The notes below the pieces were generated by a model, which ran no database searches, was not told the origin of the DNA, and worked only from the letters and a program-made list of their open reading frames with translations. The position numbers and the translations under genes were made by a program. A stretch of DNA of 64,000 nt from an uncultured Chloroflexia bacterium (GTDB taxonomy: Bacteria; Chloroflexota; Limnocylindria; Limnocylindrales; CSP1-4): assembly GCA_963764975.1 (NCBI GenBank), contig CAVXUF010000005.1, positions 88,454 to 152,453 on the forward strand, written 5' to 3'. Positions 54,094 to 64,000 of this stretch are shown here, in pieces. Each line of letters starts with the position of its first letter. The stretch's first letter is position 1.

Positions 54094-54801
54094 TCAGCCC
54101 GTCCGTCGTCGAGGCGTCCGACGGGGGTTGCCGCGCTTCGTCGTCGCGCCGCGTCCGGGCTGCCAGCCGGGGCGGTCGTCGATGTCGTCGGCGTCGGACG
54201 CGGGGTCGATGGCGGGGTCGCGGTCGGTCGGGCGGCCGCTGTCGGGGTCGGTCTTGGATCGTCGGACGGTCGTGTTCGGTCCTGTCATGCCCGGCGAAGA
54301 CGTCGGTCGCTTCCGTCCGGTGCCGATGGCGCTCCCAGGGTCCGGACTCGACGGTCGACCCGGCCGTGATCGCTCCGTCCGTTCCAGCCGACCGAGCAGC
54401 CACGCGGCGCCGGCGGTCCGCGCGCCCTTGAGCCGGAGAGCGTGCCGAAGATCGCGGTCGTCGGTGACGACGAGCAGGGCCGCCGTGGCGATCGGTCCTT
54501 CCGCCGCACGGACCTCATCCACAAGCGAGAGGAGCACGGCGTCGGCCGTTCGCGCGCCGCTGTAGCGCACCCGCAGGCCGCTCGCGACGCGCTCCCCGCG
54601 CAGGCCTCGCTCGGCCGGACCATCGAAGACGACGTCGATGATCACCGACGCCGGGACCACGCCGCGCAGCCGTCCGATCAGGGCGGTCCGCGGGGCGCCG
54701 CCCGGCGACGACGAGAGCCGGTGGATCAGGTTCGTCCCGTCGACGAGCAGCCAGGTCGTGTCCTCGAGCGGGTCGGCGGGGAGGGGAGCCATCGATGTCA
54801 T
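54094..54801 (-). CDS. NYN/YacP-like (PIN-related) RNase-domain protein with a long basic disordered tail
   Basis: WLLVDGTNLIH...VVFDG...LLVVTDDRDL is the typical YacP-type NYN pattern. Confidence 0.7.
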   Translation of the reverse strand: MTSMAPLPADPLEDTTWLLVDGTNLIHRLSSSPGGAPRTALIGRLRGVVPASVIIDVVFDGPAERGLRGERVASGLRVRYSGARTADAVLLSLVDEVRAAEGPIATAALLVVTDDRDLRHALRLKGARTAGAAWLLGRLERTERSRPGRPSSPDPGSAIGTGRKRPTSSPGMTGPNTTVRRSKTDPDSGRPTDRDPAIDPASDADDIDDRPGWQPGRGATTKRGNPRRTPRRRTG

Positions 54802-54929
54802 CGTACGCGGGCTCGTGTTGGGGAGCCCGCGTCGCGCGCGTGTCGCCGTTCGCGCCTTGTGCCGGTCGGTCCGCGCCTTGCGGTTCGTCGCGCCGCCCGG
54901 TCCGCGGCTCGTGCCGCTACGATCGGCCC

Positions 54930-55775
54930 GTGTCTCTCCTCCTGCTCGTCGACCTCGACGGGGTCGTCTATCGCGGCTCGGATCCGGTGCCCGGGGTCGC
55001 CGCCGTCCTGACGGATCGCGCGGCGCGGGGCGATGACGTCGTGTACGTGACCAACAATTCGATGCACTACCGGGCCGACTACGTCACGCGACTATCTGCG
55101 ATGGGTGCACCCGTTTCGCCGGACCGGGTGGTGTCGTCGGCGCGCGCGACCGCCCTCTACGTCTCGACCCACGCGTCGGGGATCCGCCGGGTGCTGGTTC
55201 TCGGCGCGAGCGGGCTCGAACGCGAATTGCGCGACGCCGGACTCGACGTGGTCACGGCCGCCCATGCCGCGACGCGGATGCACCAGGAAGGCGTCGATGG
55301 CTGGACGGCGGCCGGGGCACCCGACGCCGTGGTGACCGGGCTCGACCCGAACCTGACCTACCTTCGACTCGCGGCCGCCACCGACTGCATCCGTGCCGGC
55401 GCGACGTTCATCGCCACCAACCGCGACCCGGTCTATCCCACGGAACGGGGACTGCGCCCGGGAGCGGGGAGCGTGGCGGCGGCCGTGGAGGCAGCCTCTG
55501 GCGTGACGCCACTGTCGATCGGCAAGCCCGAGCCGCACTTGCTGCAGCTCGCGGCCGAAGCCGTGGGTCGGGACCCGCGGGATGCCGTGATGATCGGCGA
55601 CGGCATCGACACGGATCTGGCGGCGGCCCGGGCCGTGGGTGCTCGCTGCATCTTGATGCTGACCGGTGTGGCCACCCGCGAGCAGGTCGAGGCGCTGGCC
55701 GTCGAGGATCGGCCGACCGCGATCGCCGCCGATGCCGAGGAACTCGCGGCGGTGCTGGGGGCGCTGACCGGCTGA
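54930..55775 (+). CDS. HAD-IIA family hydrolase (NagD-like)
   Basis: GTG start. LLVDLDGVVY (DxD), VTNNS, GKP, and MIGDGIDTDL. Confidence 0.85.
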   Translation: MSLLLLVDLDGVVYRGSDPVPGVAAVLTDRAARGDDVVYVTNNSMHYRADYVTRLSAMGAPVSPDRVVSSARATALYVSTHASGIRRVLVLGASGLERELRDAGLDVVTAAHAATRMHQEGVDGWTAAGAPDAVVTGLDPNLTYLRLAAATDCIRAGATFIATNRDPVYPTERGLRPGAGSVAAAVEAASGVTPLSIGKPEPHLLQLAAEAVGRDPRDAVMIGDGIDTDLAAARAVGARCILMLTGVATREQVEALAVEDRPTAIAADAEELAAVLGALTG

Positions 55776-55814
55776 CCGGCGGGGTGAGGGTCGTGCTGGC
55801 GCTTGACGCGGCCC

Positions 55815-55879
55815 GGCGCGGCAACCTAGCGCGGCGACCTGGCGCGGCAACCTGGCGCGGCAACCTGGCGCGGCGACTC
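55815..55879. repeat. 13-bp tandem repeat (GGCGCGGCAACCT) x5, degenerate
   Basis: Copies start at 55815, 55828, 55841, 55854 and 55867. The repeat directly abuts the left arm of the inverted-repeat unit. Confidence 0.9.
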
Positions 55880-56068
55880 CGCCAGATCACCATCACATGC
55901 ACGTTAGGCGCGGTCATGGGTCGGTCCGAGGTGATCTGACGACTCCCCGCGCGCTTGATCGTGCGGCGGCACGCTCGGATTGCGGCGTCACCTGGCGCGT
56001 GACCCGTGATTCGGGCCGATCCGGGCGGGGTGACGGTGCCTAACGGTCACCTGATGACCATTTGGCGA
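55879..56068. repeat. 190-bp unit bounded by the same 33-bp inverted repeats, copy 2
   Basis: Left arm CCGCCAGATCACCATCACATGCACGTTAGGCGC (55879-55911). Its reverse complement matches the 49954 arm at 29/33 by hand. Right arm GTGCCTAACGGTCACCTGATGACCATTTGGCGA (56036-56068) matches at 26/33. Confidence 0.55.
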
Positions 56069-56134
56069 AGATCCTTGGCGCGTGGGCCGCGAGCCGACGG
56101 GCCGCGGGACGTCGGCTCGCGCTCTGGCCCGGCC

Positions 56135-57190
56135 CTACGCCTCTAGTTCCGGGATCCCCGCCGCCCAGGCGTCGAACGAGGCACGGATCGGGTCAAGCGT
56201 CGCCTCGTCCGCGAAGGCCACGTCGAGTGCGTGGCGGTCGATGGCCCACAGCTCGGGCAGCGTCAGACCGATGATCTCGACCGCGTTGACGTACTCCTCC
56301 GAGAGCAGGATGTCCGACACGGTCACATCGTCCGTGTTGAGCGTGACCGGCACACCAAGGCGATGAAGTCGAGCGAGCGGATGGTCCGCGATGCTCGGCA
56401 CGATCGAGGCCTGCCAGTTGGAGGTCGGGCACAGGTCCAGCGTGACGTTTCGCGCGATCAGTTCCTCGCAGACCGCGAGGTCTTCGATGGCCGTCGGGCC
56501 ATGCGCGATCCGCTCGGGATCCATCTCGAGCGCGCGACGGATCTGTGACGCCCCGCCCATCTCCGCGGCATGCAGCGTGATCCGGAGACCGCCGGCGCGC
56601 GCGACGTCGAACGCCTCCCTGTGCAGGGTCGGATCCGGGTACGCCTCCTCCGCACCGGCAAGGTCCCAGCCGGTCAATCCTTGATCGCGGAAGCGTGCTG
56701 CGGTCTCGGCCAGCTCCACGTTCGCGGCCGGGTCATGCGAGCGAAGCGCCGTGCAGATGAGCCGGACCGTGACGCCCGCACGCGCGGCCGCGGCCGTCGC
56801 TCCGGCACAGACCGCGGCGATCCCATCTGACAACGAGAGTCCGCCCGCGACATGCAGCAGCGGTCCCCAGCGGATCTCCATGTACCGCACGTTCTCGGCC
56901 GCCTTCGTCGCCACGAGTTCAGCCGCGATCCGCTCGAGTGCGTCGGCGTCCTGCATGAGCGCGATCGGCAGGTCGAACGCCTTGAGGAGCTCGGCCTGGC
57001 TCGAGGTCGGCATCGGCGCGATGAGTGCGCCCGACATCCCGGTCCAGTCGGACGGAGCATCGACCCCGCGCGTGCGCGCGATCTCGAGCGCGGTATCGAC
57101 GCGTAGCGATCCGTCGAGGTGCAGATGGAGCTCCGCCTTCGGCATGGCCCAGGTCAGGCGGCGCAGGGTCGGGTCACCGGGGATCGCCAT
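56135..57190 (-). CDS. add: adenosine deaminase
   Basis: PKAELHLHLDGS and ITLHAAE. C-terminal pattern NTDD. Start at MAIPGD (57190). Confidence 0.9.
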   Translation of the reverse strand: MAIPGDPTLRRLTWAMPKAELHLHLDGSLRVDTALEIARTRGVDAPSDWTGMSGALIAPMPTSSQAELLKAFDLPIALMQDADALERIAAELVATKAAENVRYMEIRWGPLLHVAGGLSLSDGIAAVCAGATAAAARAGVTVRLICTALRSHDPAANVELAETAARFRDQGLTGWDLAGAEEAYPDPTLHREAFDVARAGGLRITLHAAEMGGASQIRRALEMDPERIAHGPTAIEDLAVCEELIARNVTLDLCPTSNWQASIVPSIADHPLARLHRLGVPVTLNTDDVTVSDILLSEEYVNAVEIIGLTLPELWAIDRHALDVAFADEATLDPIRASFDAWAAGIPELEA

Positions 57191-57245
57191 GGCGCGATGG
57201 TACGATGCCGAGCGTCTCGCGACCCATCCGGAGCGACTGCGACGC

Positions 57246-58247
57246 ATGTCCACCATCCTGGTCACGGGCGCCTCCGGGTTCGTCGGAAGCTGGACGGTGC
57301 CAGCCCTTGTCGATGCCGGCCACACGGTCGTCGCGTTGGCCCGGACGACGACGTCGGGCGACCAGGTCCTCGCCCGGCTCAGCGCGACACGCCAGGCAAA
57401 CGTCAAGGTTCGCCTCGGTGACGTGACCCAGCCGGCCACCCTCGGCCCCGCGCTGGCCGGCGTCGATGCCGTCGTCCACCTGGTCGCGATCCCGCGCGAC
57501 TTCAGTCGCGGCGCCGACCTTCGTCTGATCAACACCGAGGGCACCCGCGCGGTCCTCGTCGCGATGGCCGATGCTGGTGTCAAGCGCCTGATCCACCTGG
57601 GCGCGATGGGCGTCGCCGACGATCCCGCGCTCCACTACGCCAGTTCCAAGGCCCGCGCGGAAGCGCTCGTGTCCGCGTCGGCGCTGGACTGGACGATCCT
57701 CAAGCCGTCACTCCAGTTCGGCGAGGGAGACGGCTTCTTCAACGTGATCGCGGGGCTCGCGCGCCTGTCGCCGGGGCTCATCCCGGTCCCGGGCGACGGG
57801 ACGAGCCGGTTCCAGCCGGTCCACGCCGGCGATGTGGCGCGGGCCGTCGTCGCGTCATTGGCCGATCCGGCGGGCACCATCGGTCAGGCGATCGATGTCG
57901 GCGGCCCGCGCTACTGGACGTATCGCGAGATCACGGCGGAAGTCCTCGGCGCGATCGGGGCGCGTCGCGTGATCGTCCCGATGCCCGTGCCGTTGATCCG
58001 GCTCGTGGCCGGGTCGGCGGAGTTCCTCCGCTTGCCGTTCCCCGTCGCGACCGACCAGCTTCGCCAGCTGCGGCTCGACAACATCGGCCCGCTCGGGGTC
58101 GTCAAGGCCCGCTTCGGCTTCGAGCCGAGGCCGCTCGAAGGGGCGCTCGGCTACCTTCGATCGAAGCCGCGCGACCAGGTCGCCCGCGGCGATGCGGCCG
58201 GTGGGAGTGAGGCCACCACGCACCGAGTCCCGGCCGGGTCCGCGTGA
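57246..58247 (+). CDS. NAD(P)H-binding SDR-superfamily protein (NDUFA9/NmrA-like)
   Basis: ILVTGASGFVGS Rossmann motif and YASSKARAE (YxxxK). Confidence 0.85.
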   Translation: MSTILVTGASGFVGSWTVPALVDAGHTVVALARTTTSGDQVLARLSATRQANVKVRLGDVTQPATLGPALAGVDAVVHLVAIPRDFSRGADLRLINTEGTRAVLVAMADAGVKRLIHLGAMGVADDPALHYASSKARAEALVSASALDWTILKPSLQFGEGDGFFNVIAGLARLSPGLIPVPGDGTSRFQPVHAGDVARAVVASLADPAGTIGQAIDVGGPRYWTYREITAEVLGAIGARRVIVPMPVPLIRLVAGSAEFLRLPFPVATDQLRQLRLDNIGPLGVVKARFGFEPRPLEGALGYLRSKPRDQVARGDAAGGSEATTHRVPAGSA

Positions 58248-59197
58248 CGGGAGCTCTCACCCGCTTCGCCACGGCCGGCGCCTGGCTGGTCGCGGTGATC
58301 GCCATCGGTCTCGGTGGGGCGGGCCTCGTGGCCGCCGTGGACCCGGGCACGACCCGGATCGCGCTGGCGGAACTCGAGTTCGGGGCCGATGCCCTCGTCA
58401 CGCCCCGACTCGACGCGGCCGAGGCAAGCATCGCGGGTCTGGGCGACGACGTCGACTCGCTCGGCACCCTGGCCCGGGGCGCCCTGGCCGCGATGGTCGC
58501 CGGGCAGCCGGACACCGTGGATGCCACGCTCGCGGAGGGTGACGCGGTCCTCGCCCGCATGGCGGCGCAAACCGCGGCGATCACGACGGACCTCGCTGGC
58601 GTGCCCTATGCCGGGACACCATCCGCGGATCTCTACCTCTCCCCGGCGATCCAGGCACGGCACGCGCGCCTGATCGGCGCCCTGAGCGCGACCACCGGCC
58701 TCGCCGACGCCTGGCAGGGACTCGCGATCGGCGCGGCGGCCGCCGGGCGCCTCGCCGCCCAGATGACCGACCACGATCGACTCGTGGGTCAGGCCGCGGC
58801 CCAGGGTCGCGACGCGAAGTACAAGACGGCGATCGCGACGCTCAAGGACGCCACGGCGCTCCTCGACGCCAGCCGTGCGGCCCGGGATCGGCTTGCCGCC
58901 ACGGTGGATGTGACCGTCCTCGACGAATGGCTGTCGCGCAATGAAGCGTACGACGCCGCCCTGACGGCCCTGTACGAGCTGTCGCCGTTCCCGGCGAAGG
59001 TGACCAAGGCGATCAAGGACGCGATCGCCGGCGAGGCGGCCGCTCGCGAACGACTGCCACCAGATTCGCGAAGCTTCACGCTGATCATGGCCGAGATCGG
59101 GCAGGGTGGACTCAACAGCGCCGTGATCGCCATCGAGGACGCGAAGGCGGCCCTGGCGACCGCTCTGGCCCCCGAGCCTGAGCCGTCCCCCTCCTGA
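58244..59197 (+). CDS. membrane-anchored Ala-rich helical hypothetical protein
   Basis: GTGA overlap with the upstream gene. One N-terminal TM and a long helical Ala/Leu/Asp-rich body. Confidence 0.55.
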   Translation: MTGALTRFATAGAWLVAVIAIGLGGAGLVAAVDPGTTRIALAELEFGADALVTPRLDAAEASIAGLGDDVDSLGTLARGALAAMVAGQPDTVDATLAEGDAVLARMAAQTAAITTDLAGVPYAGTPSADLYLSPAIQARHARLIGALSATTGLADAWQGLAIGAAAAGRLAAQMTDHDRLVGQAAAQGRDAKYKTAIATLKDATALLDASRAARDRLAATVDVTVLDEWLSRNEAYDAALTALYELSPFPAKVTKAIKDAIAGEAAARERLPPDSRSFTLIMAEIGQGGLNSAVIAIEDAKAALATALAPEPEPSPS

Positions 59198-59315
59198 CGC
59201 CCGACGCCCCCGGAAACCGGTCCGGACGGGACGGTACACTGCCCGCAACCATCACCAGCTCGCCGTCGCCATATCTCCGCGCGTCGGCCGGCCCCTCCGG
59301 GAGGACCCTGCGAAC

Positions 59316-60827
59316 GTGGATGTGCGCGTCGTCAACGACCAGCCCTGGGATGTCGCCGCAGACGTCCTCGTCGTCCCGATCGTGGGCGAGCCCGCCTTCG
59401 ATGGCCCCCTCGGCGAGCTCGATCGCCGGACCGGCGGTGAGCTCGCGGCGCTGTTCGCGTTCGGCGAGCTGCGAGCGAAGCGGTTCACCTCGGCCGTCGC
59501 GGCGTCGGGCGAGGTGGTCGCCGGCCGGGTGCTGACGATCAGCGCGGGACCGGCCGATGACCTCGATCGAGAGACGGTCCTGCACGTCGGCGCGGCCGCG
59601 GAACACCGTCTTGGCGGTCGACAGGCGAGTTCGCTCGCCATCTGGCTCACGCCCCTCGCCGATGCCCTCGCCGACGGTGTCGAAGCGGTGGCCGAGCTGG
59701 TCGCCCGCGGCGTCGTCGAGGGCAGCTTCGACCCCAAGACGCTCTATCTCGAGGACGTGAAGGGCGCCCCGCCGATCATCGACGACCTCATCCTCATCGC
59801 GCCCGGCGCCGATGGCGCCGCGGTCCGTGCTGCAGCGGAACGTGGCGTGATCATCGGGGAGGGGGCGAACCTCGCCCGCTCGCTCTCCAACCGCTCGGCC
59901 AACGACATCAGTCCCGAGGTCCTCGCCGACGAGGCGCGTGCCGTGGCGGAGCGACACGGTCTGTGGATCGACGTCATCGAACCCGAACGGGCCACCGAGC
60001 TCGGCATGGGGATGTTCATGGCCGTCGGCCAGGGGAGCGACAACCCGCCACGGATGATCGTCATGCGCTCCGGCGGCTCGGGCGAGCGTGATGCGCTCGA
60101 TCGACACCTGGCGATCATCGGGAAGGGCGTCTGCTTCGATTCCGGCGGCATCAGCATCAAGCCATCCGACCGGATGGAAGAGATGAAGATGGACAAGATC
60201 GGCGCGTGCACGGTGATCGCGGCCATCGGGACGGTCGCCCGCCTCGCGCCCGGCACGCCGCTGCTCGCGATCGCGCCGGCGGTCGAGAACATGCCCGGAT
60301 CGCATTCGACGCGCCCCGGCGACGTGGTCCGGGCGATGAACGGCAAATGGGTGGATATCACCAACACCGACGCGGAGGGTCGCCTGATCCTGGGCGACGC
60401 GATGACCTACGCCGAGCAGCTGGGCGCCACTCACATCGTGGATGTCGCCACCCTGACGGGTGCGGTCGGGAGGGCGTTCGGCCACCTCGTCACCGGCGCC
60501 TTCGGGACGCCGCAGTCGTTCTACGACGACGTGATCGCCGCGGGTGACCGCGCGGCCGAGCGGTACTGGCAGGTCCCGCTCGTGGATGACTATGTCGCGG
60601 ACATGGAGAGCTGGTACGGCGACCTCCAGAACTCCGGCTCGGCCGAGGGCTCGCTCGTCAAGAGCGGCCTGTTCCTGCGTGAGTTCCGGACGGTGCCATG
60701 GGCGCACCTCGACATCGGCGGGACCGGCTACTTCCGCAAGACCATGCCGTACGCGGCGCGTGGTGCCACCGGTGTCACCCACGCCACGCTCGTCGAACTG
60801 GCGCTCGCGGGCGCCAGCCCGGACTGA
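59316..60827 (+). CDS. pepA: leucyl aminopeptidase (M17)
   Basis: NTDAEGRL signature, GKGVCFDSGG, and MKMDKIGA. Confidence 0.9.
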   Translation: MDVRVVNDQPWDVAADVLVVPIVGEPAFDGPLGELDRRTGGELAALFAFGELRAKRFTSAVAASGEVVAGRVLTISAGPADDLDRETVLHVGAAAEHRLGGRQASSLAIWLTPLADALADGVEAVAELVARGVVEGSFDPKTLYLEDVKGAPPIIDDLILIAPGADGAAVRAAAERGVIIGEGANLARSLSNRSANDISPEVLADEARAVAERHGLWIDVIEPERATELGMGMFMAVGQGSDNPPRMIVMRSGGSGERDALDRHLAIIGKGVCFDSGGISIKPSDRMEEMKMDKIGACTVIAAIGTVARLAPGTPLLAIAPAVENMPGSHSTRPGDVVRAMNGKWVDITNTDAEGRLILGDAMTYAEQLGATHIVDVATLTGAVGRAFGHLVTGAFGTPQSFYDDVIAAGDRAAERYWQVPLVDDYVADMESWYGDLQNSGSAEGSLVKSGLFLREFRTVPWAHLDIGGTGYFRKTMPYAARGATGVTHATLVELALAGASPD

Positions 60828-60846
60828 CCGGCCACCAGGCGACCGG

Positions 60847-61497
60847 GTGGACCCGATCGTCCTCGCCGTCGCCCTCGCGGCGGCGGGAGGCGCCCTCGGC
60901 TTCGCGGCCGATCGTTTCGCGACGCGCTGGCCGGAACACGACGAGGAGCATGCCCCCGGACGGCGCATCGATTGGCGAACGATCGTCACGGTCGCCGTGG
61001 GTGCGGCCGCATTCGGCCTGCTGACGATCCGGTTCGGATCGGCGGGGCTCCTGGCAGTGGGGCTGTTCGGGGCGTGGTTCGTCACGCTGGTCATCGGTCT
61101 CGGCACGGACCTTGACCAGCGGGTGCTCCCCGACGAACTGACGCTCCCCGTGATTCCGATCGCGCTGCTCTACGCGATCAGCGGCCAGAACCCGCTCGTC
61201 GGCTCGGAGCTGGGGCTGGCGATCCTCGCCGCGATCGCGATCCCGGCCGTCCTGTACCTCCCCTCGATCCCGTTCGGTGCCGGCGCGTTCGGCCTTGGCG
61301 ACGTGAAGCTCCTGACCGGGGTAGGGCTGATGGCCGGTGGCGAGCGGGCGCTGAGCGGGGTGCTCATGGGGCTCGTGATCGCGGGGTTCACGCTCGTCAT
61401 CCTGCTGGTCGCCCGGCGCATCGGTCGACGCTCGTACGTGCCGTTCGGGCCGTTCCTGATCCTCGGCGCGCTGTGGGCGGTGCTCGTCCGCCCCTGA
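60847..61497 (+). CDS. A24-family prepilin peptidase-like membrane protein
   Basis: GTG start. DLDQRVLPDELT and GLGDVKLL (two catalytic Asp contexts). Polytopic. Confidence 0.8.
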   Translation: MDPIVLAVALAAAGGALGFAADRFATRWPEHDEEHAPGRRIDWRTIVTVAVGAAAFGLLTIRFGSAGLLAVGLFGAWFVTLVIGLGTDLDQRVLPDELTLPVIPIALLYAISGQNPLVGSELGLAILAAIAIPAVLYLPSIPFGAGAFGLGDVKLLTGVGLMAGGERALSGVLMGLVIAGFTLVILLVARRIGRRSYVPFGPFLILGALWAVLVRP

Positions 61498-61726
61498 CCG
61501 CGCGTCACGGCACGCCCCCGACCCGGCCACGAGGCGCTGGGACCATCGTGGGATACGGGCACGCCCGGGAGGGCCCCTAGACTCCCCGGTGTAGGATGCC
61601 GTCAAGCCGGTTCGCCACCTGGTCGTGCCCCTTCGGCGATGGACCGGCGGGCGCCGCCGTCAGACGGCACCGGGTCCCGAGACCCGGCGACGAACCACGG
61701 AGCACTCGCACGATGACCTCGCCAGC

Positions 61727-63115
61727 GTGATCCGCCCACATCTCGACGACCGGGCCGCCGTCGCGACCGGGTGGTCCAGCGCGCCGTCACGCCGTCGACC
61801 GACGCGTCGCCGAGCGATCGTGTCGCTGCTGATGCTCCCGTTGCTCCTGGGCCTGATCGGCACCCCCGCCACGACCCCGTCCGTGCACGCCGACGAACTC
61901 GCCGACGCCAAGGCCAAGCAGGCGCAGCTCAAGAAGGAGATCGCCGAGCAGAAGGCCCAGGTGAAGGCCCTCGACGCCCTGCAATCCGGGCTGGCATCGG
62001 AGATCGCCTCGACCCGTCGTGAGCTGTCGGGGATCAACGCGGACCTCGGCGCCGTCCGCAAGAAGATCAACAACATGCAGACGAAGATCCAGCTGGTCCA
62101 GCGCGACTACGAGAGCCTGGTCGCGCAGGTGCGGCAGCTCGACGAGGAGCTGGCCGCGCTCATCGTTGCCGAACGGGACAAGCGCGCCGAACTCGGATCT
62201 CGACGCGCGTTGCTGGCCGAGCGGATCCGCGCGGCGTACGACACCGAACGAACTTCCCTCCTCGAGGCCTTCCTGTCCGGCGGGACGTTCGCCGACCTGC
62301 TGACCGAGATGAGTTACTACATCGATGTCGGGCAGCAGGACAAGGCCCTGGCCGAGCAGATCGTGCGCGATCAGGAAGCCCTGGCCGTCATGCACCAGAA
62401 CACCGAGGCCACGCGGGTGCGCACGGACGAGCTCCGCCTCGAGACCGCCGCTCGCAAGGTCCAACTCGACGCCAGCCTCAAGGAACTCAAGGCGGCCAAG
62501 GCCGAGCTGCGCAAGCTCGAGAAGGCGACGAAGCGAGCGCTCGACGCGCAACGTCAGCTGTATGCCCAGGTCCTGGCGAACAAGCGCGATGCCGCCAAGG
62601 CGCTCGCGGCGGCCGATGCCGCGCAGAAGAAGCTCGCGGGCAAGATCGCCAAGATCGTCGCGGCGCAGGCGCAGCAAGGCAACATCCCGTCCGAGTACAA
62701 CGGCACGCTCCGATGGCCGATGCCGGGCACGGTGACCCAGAACTTCGGGTGTACCGGGTTCGAGTGGGAAGCGCCGCTCGGCGACTGCGACCACTTCCAC
62801 CGCGGCATCGACATCGTGGCGCCGTACGGGACCAAGGTCCGCGCGTCCGGCGACGGCGTCGTGGCCTACATCGGCTGGAACTACGCCGACGGCGCCGACC
62901 CGGCCTGGATCGTGATCGTCGCCCACAGCAGCGGGCTCCAGACCTGGTACGCGCATATGCAGCCGAAATACCCGGGCGGCATCCGCCAGGGAAGCCGCGT
63001 CGACGCCGGTCAGGTCATCGGGTACGAGGGCAACACCGGGCGGTCCACCGGCGCGCACCTGCACTGGGCGGTGATGTTCAACGGGTCCTTCGCGAACCCT
63101 CGACTGTTCCTGTGA
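61727..63115 (+). CDS. secreted M23 (LytM) peptidase with a long coiled-coil N-terminal region (EnvC-like)
   Basis: Signal-like IVSLLMLPLLLGLIGTPATTPSVHA and a heptad-rich region of about 250 aa. HRGIDIVAP...GNTGRSTGAHLHWAV. The exact start is uncertain. Confidence 0.8.
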   Translation: MIRPHLDDRAAVATGWSSAPSRRRPTRRRAIVSLLMLPLLLGLIGTPATTPSVHADELADAKAKQAQLKKEIAEQKAQVKALDALQSGLASEIASTRRELSGINADLGAVRKKINNMQTKIQLVQRDYESLVAQVRQLDEELAALIVAERDKRAELGSRRALLAERIRAAYDTERTSLLEAFLSGGTFADLLTEMSYYIDVGQQDKALAEQIVRDQEALAVMHQNTEATRVRTDELRLETAARKVQLDASLKELKAAKAELRKLEKATKRALDAQRQLYAQVLANKRDAAKALAAADAAQKKLAGKIAKIVAAQAQQGNIPSEYNGTLRWPMPGTVTQNFGCTGFEWEAPLGDCDHFHRGIDIVAPYGTKVRASGDGVVAYIGWNYADGADPAWIVIVAHSSGLQTWYAHMQPKYPGGIRQGSRVDAGQVIGYEGNTGRSTGAHLHWAVMFNGSFANPRLFL

Positions 63116-63187
63116 CCCGGGGCCGGACGACCGGCCGTGCTAGCATCGACCTCAAGGACGTCACCACCACGTTCGGGAGGCCGACCC

Positions 63188-64000
63188 GTGAAACGAACGA
63201 TGGCCGTCATCCTCGCGGGCGGTGAAGGCGAACGGCTCTCCATCCTCTCGCAGGAGCGGGCGAAGCCGGCCGTCCCGTTCGGCGGCAAGTACCGGATCAT
63301 CGACTTCACCCTCTCGAATTGCATCAACTCCGACGTCGATGACGTCGTCGTGCTGACCCAGTACAACCCGCGATCGCTCAACGACCACATCGGGTTGGGC
63401 CGGCCCTGGGACCTGGACCGCAACCGCGGTGGCGTGAAGCTCCTCCAGCCCTACATCGCCCGCGGTCGGGTCGCGGAGTGGTACCGCGGGACCGCCGATG
63501 CCGTGCTGCGCAACCTCAACGTCATCGAGCACGATCCGGCGGACACCGTCCTGATCCTCGCGGGCGACCACATCTACAAGATGGACTACCTGCCATTCCT
63601 CGCCGCTCACCGGCGTCATCGGGCGGACGTGACGATCGCGGTCCGCCAGGTGCCGATCGCCGATGCGCCGAGGATGGGCATCCTGGCGATGGACGAGCAC
63701 GATCGCGTCACCGAGTGGCAGGAGAAGCCCAAGCACCCCAAGAGCGACCTGGCGTCGATGGGTGTCTACGTCTTTTCGAAGAAGGCCCTCCGCCTGTGGC
63801 TGTCCGAGGACCGGGCGGACTTCGGTGGGCACGTGGTTCCGGCGATGATCGAGGGCGGCGCCCGGGTCTTCGGCTACCGCTACGGGGGCTACTGGCAGGA
63901 CGTCGGCACGATCCAGTCCTACTGGGAAGCCAACATGGCACTCCTCGAGGATTTGCCGCAGCTGGACCTGTACGACAAGGGCTGGGTCATCCACACCCGC
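63188..64000 (+). CDS. glgC: glucose-1-phosphate adenylyltransferase, 5' part (runs off the right edge)
   Basis: GTG lies 8 nt after [50 protein letters not shown] is canonical GlgC. It is absent from the ORF track because there is no stop in the window. The 63161..63994 minus ORF is its antisense shadow. Confidence 0.85.
   Translation, partial: MKRTMAVILAGGEGERLSILSQERAKPAVPFGGKYRIIDFTLSNCINSDVDDVVVLTQYNPRSLNDHIGLGRPWDLDRNRGGVKLLQPYIARGRVAEWYRGTADAVLRNLNVIEHDPADTVLILAGDHIYKMDYLPFLAAHRRHRADVTIAVRQVPIADAPRMGILAMDEHDRVTEWQEKPKHPKSDLASMGVYVFSKKALRLWLSEDRADFGGHVVPAMIEGGARVFGYRYGGYWQDVGTIQSYWEANMALLEDLPQLDLYDKGWVIHTR

Noticed and set aside
61498-61726. 229-bp leader upstream of the M23 peptidase considered as a cyclic-di-AMP (ydaO-type) riboswitch. 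The 12136-12584 leader was considered likewise.
   Set aside because: I could not find the conserved GGGGACCCA, GGGGUGAA or ACCCGA..CCG.CAGCUAACC blocks. A covariance-model search (Rfam RF00379) would be decisive, but by eye there is no match.

Overview
High-GC (about 70% by eye) chromosomal segment, probably Actinomycetota-like. That placement is inference from a PAC2 protein, a long NrdJ with a C-terminal zinc ribbon, a DesA-type desaturase, many GTG/TTG starts and 4-nt gene overlaps. I can support about 65 protein-coding genes and no rRNA, tRNA or CRISPR array. Most genes are housekeeping or metabolic: two ABC-2 exporters, greA, rhlE, modAB with a TOBE regulator, cspA, paaK-like ligase with a crotonase, a Rieske oxygenase, a NarL-type two-component system with an MFS pump, nucleoside hydrolase, nrdJ, add, pepA, an M23 peptidase and partial glgC. 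Many long ORFs in the six-frame track are antisense shadow ORFs or 5' over-extensions. Where I could, I trimmed starts using RBS and signal-peptide logic. Accessory or unusual content: (1) A lower-GC islet at about 41.5-46.2 kb carries a twice-frameshifted orphan type I hsdM, an AAA+/DUF4143 ATPase, a wHTH-MNT/HEPN pair, a zinc-ribbon membrane protein and a 24-bp tandem repeat in the divergent promoter. (2) The 788-bp nrdJ upstream region holds tandem NrdR boxes, five DnaA-box-like 9-mers whose starts are exactly 21 bp apart, and a roughly 200-bp unit bounded by 33-bp inverted repeats. (3) A second unit with the same 33-bp arms sits at 55.9-56.1 kb next to a 13-bp tandem repeat. (4) A 445-bp convergent spacer at 29.8-30.3 kb is filled with 12-bp and 13-bp tandem repeats and inverted repeats. 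(5) Unusual gene architectures include an unknown N-terminal domain fused to GreA, a HipA-like kinase with DUF3037, an XRE-HTH fused to a PD-(D/E)xK-like domain, and a double zinc-ribbon Gly/Tyr-rich protein with an SD-sequestering leader next to cspA. (6) Several reading frames are interrupted (ccsA, hsdM, a TetR gene, a large lipoprotein, and one C-terminus). These are either real decay or indel errors in the assembly. All homology calls come from motif recognition by eye; no database search was run.
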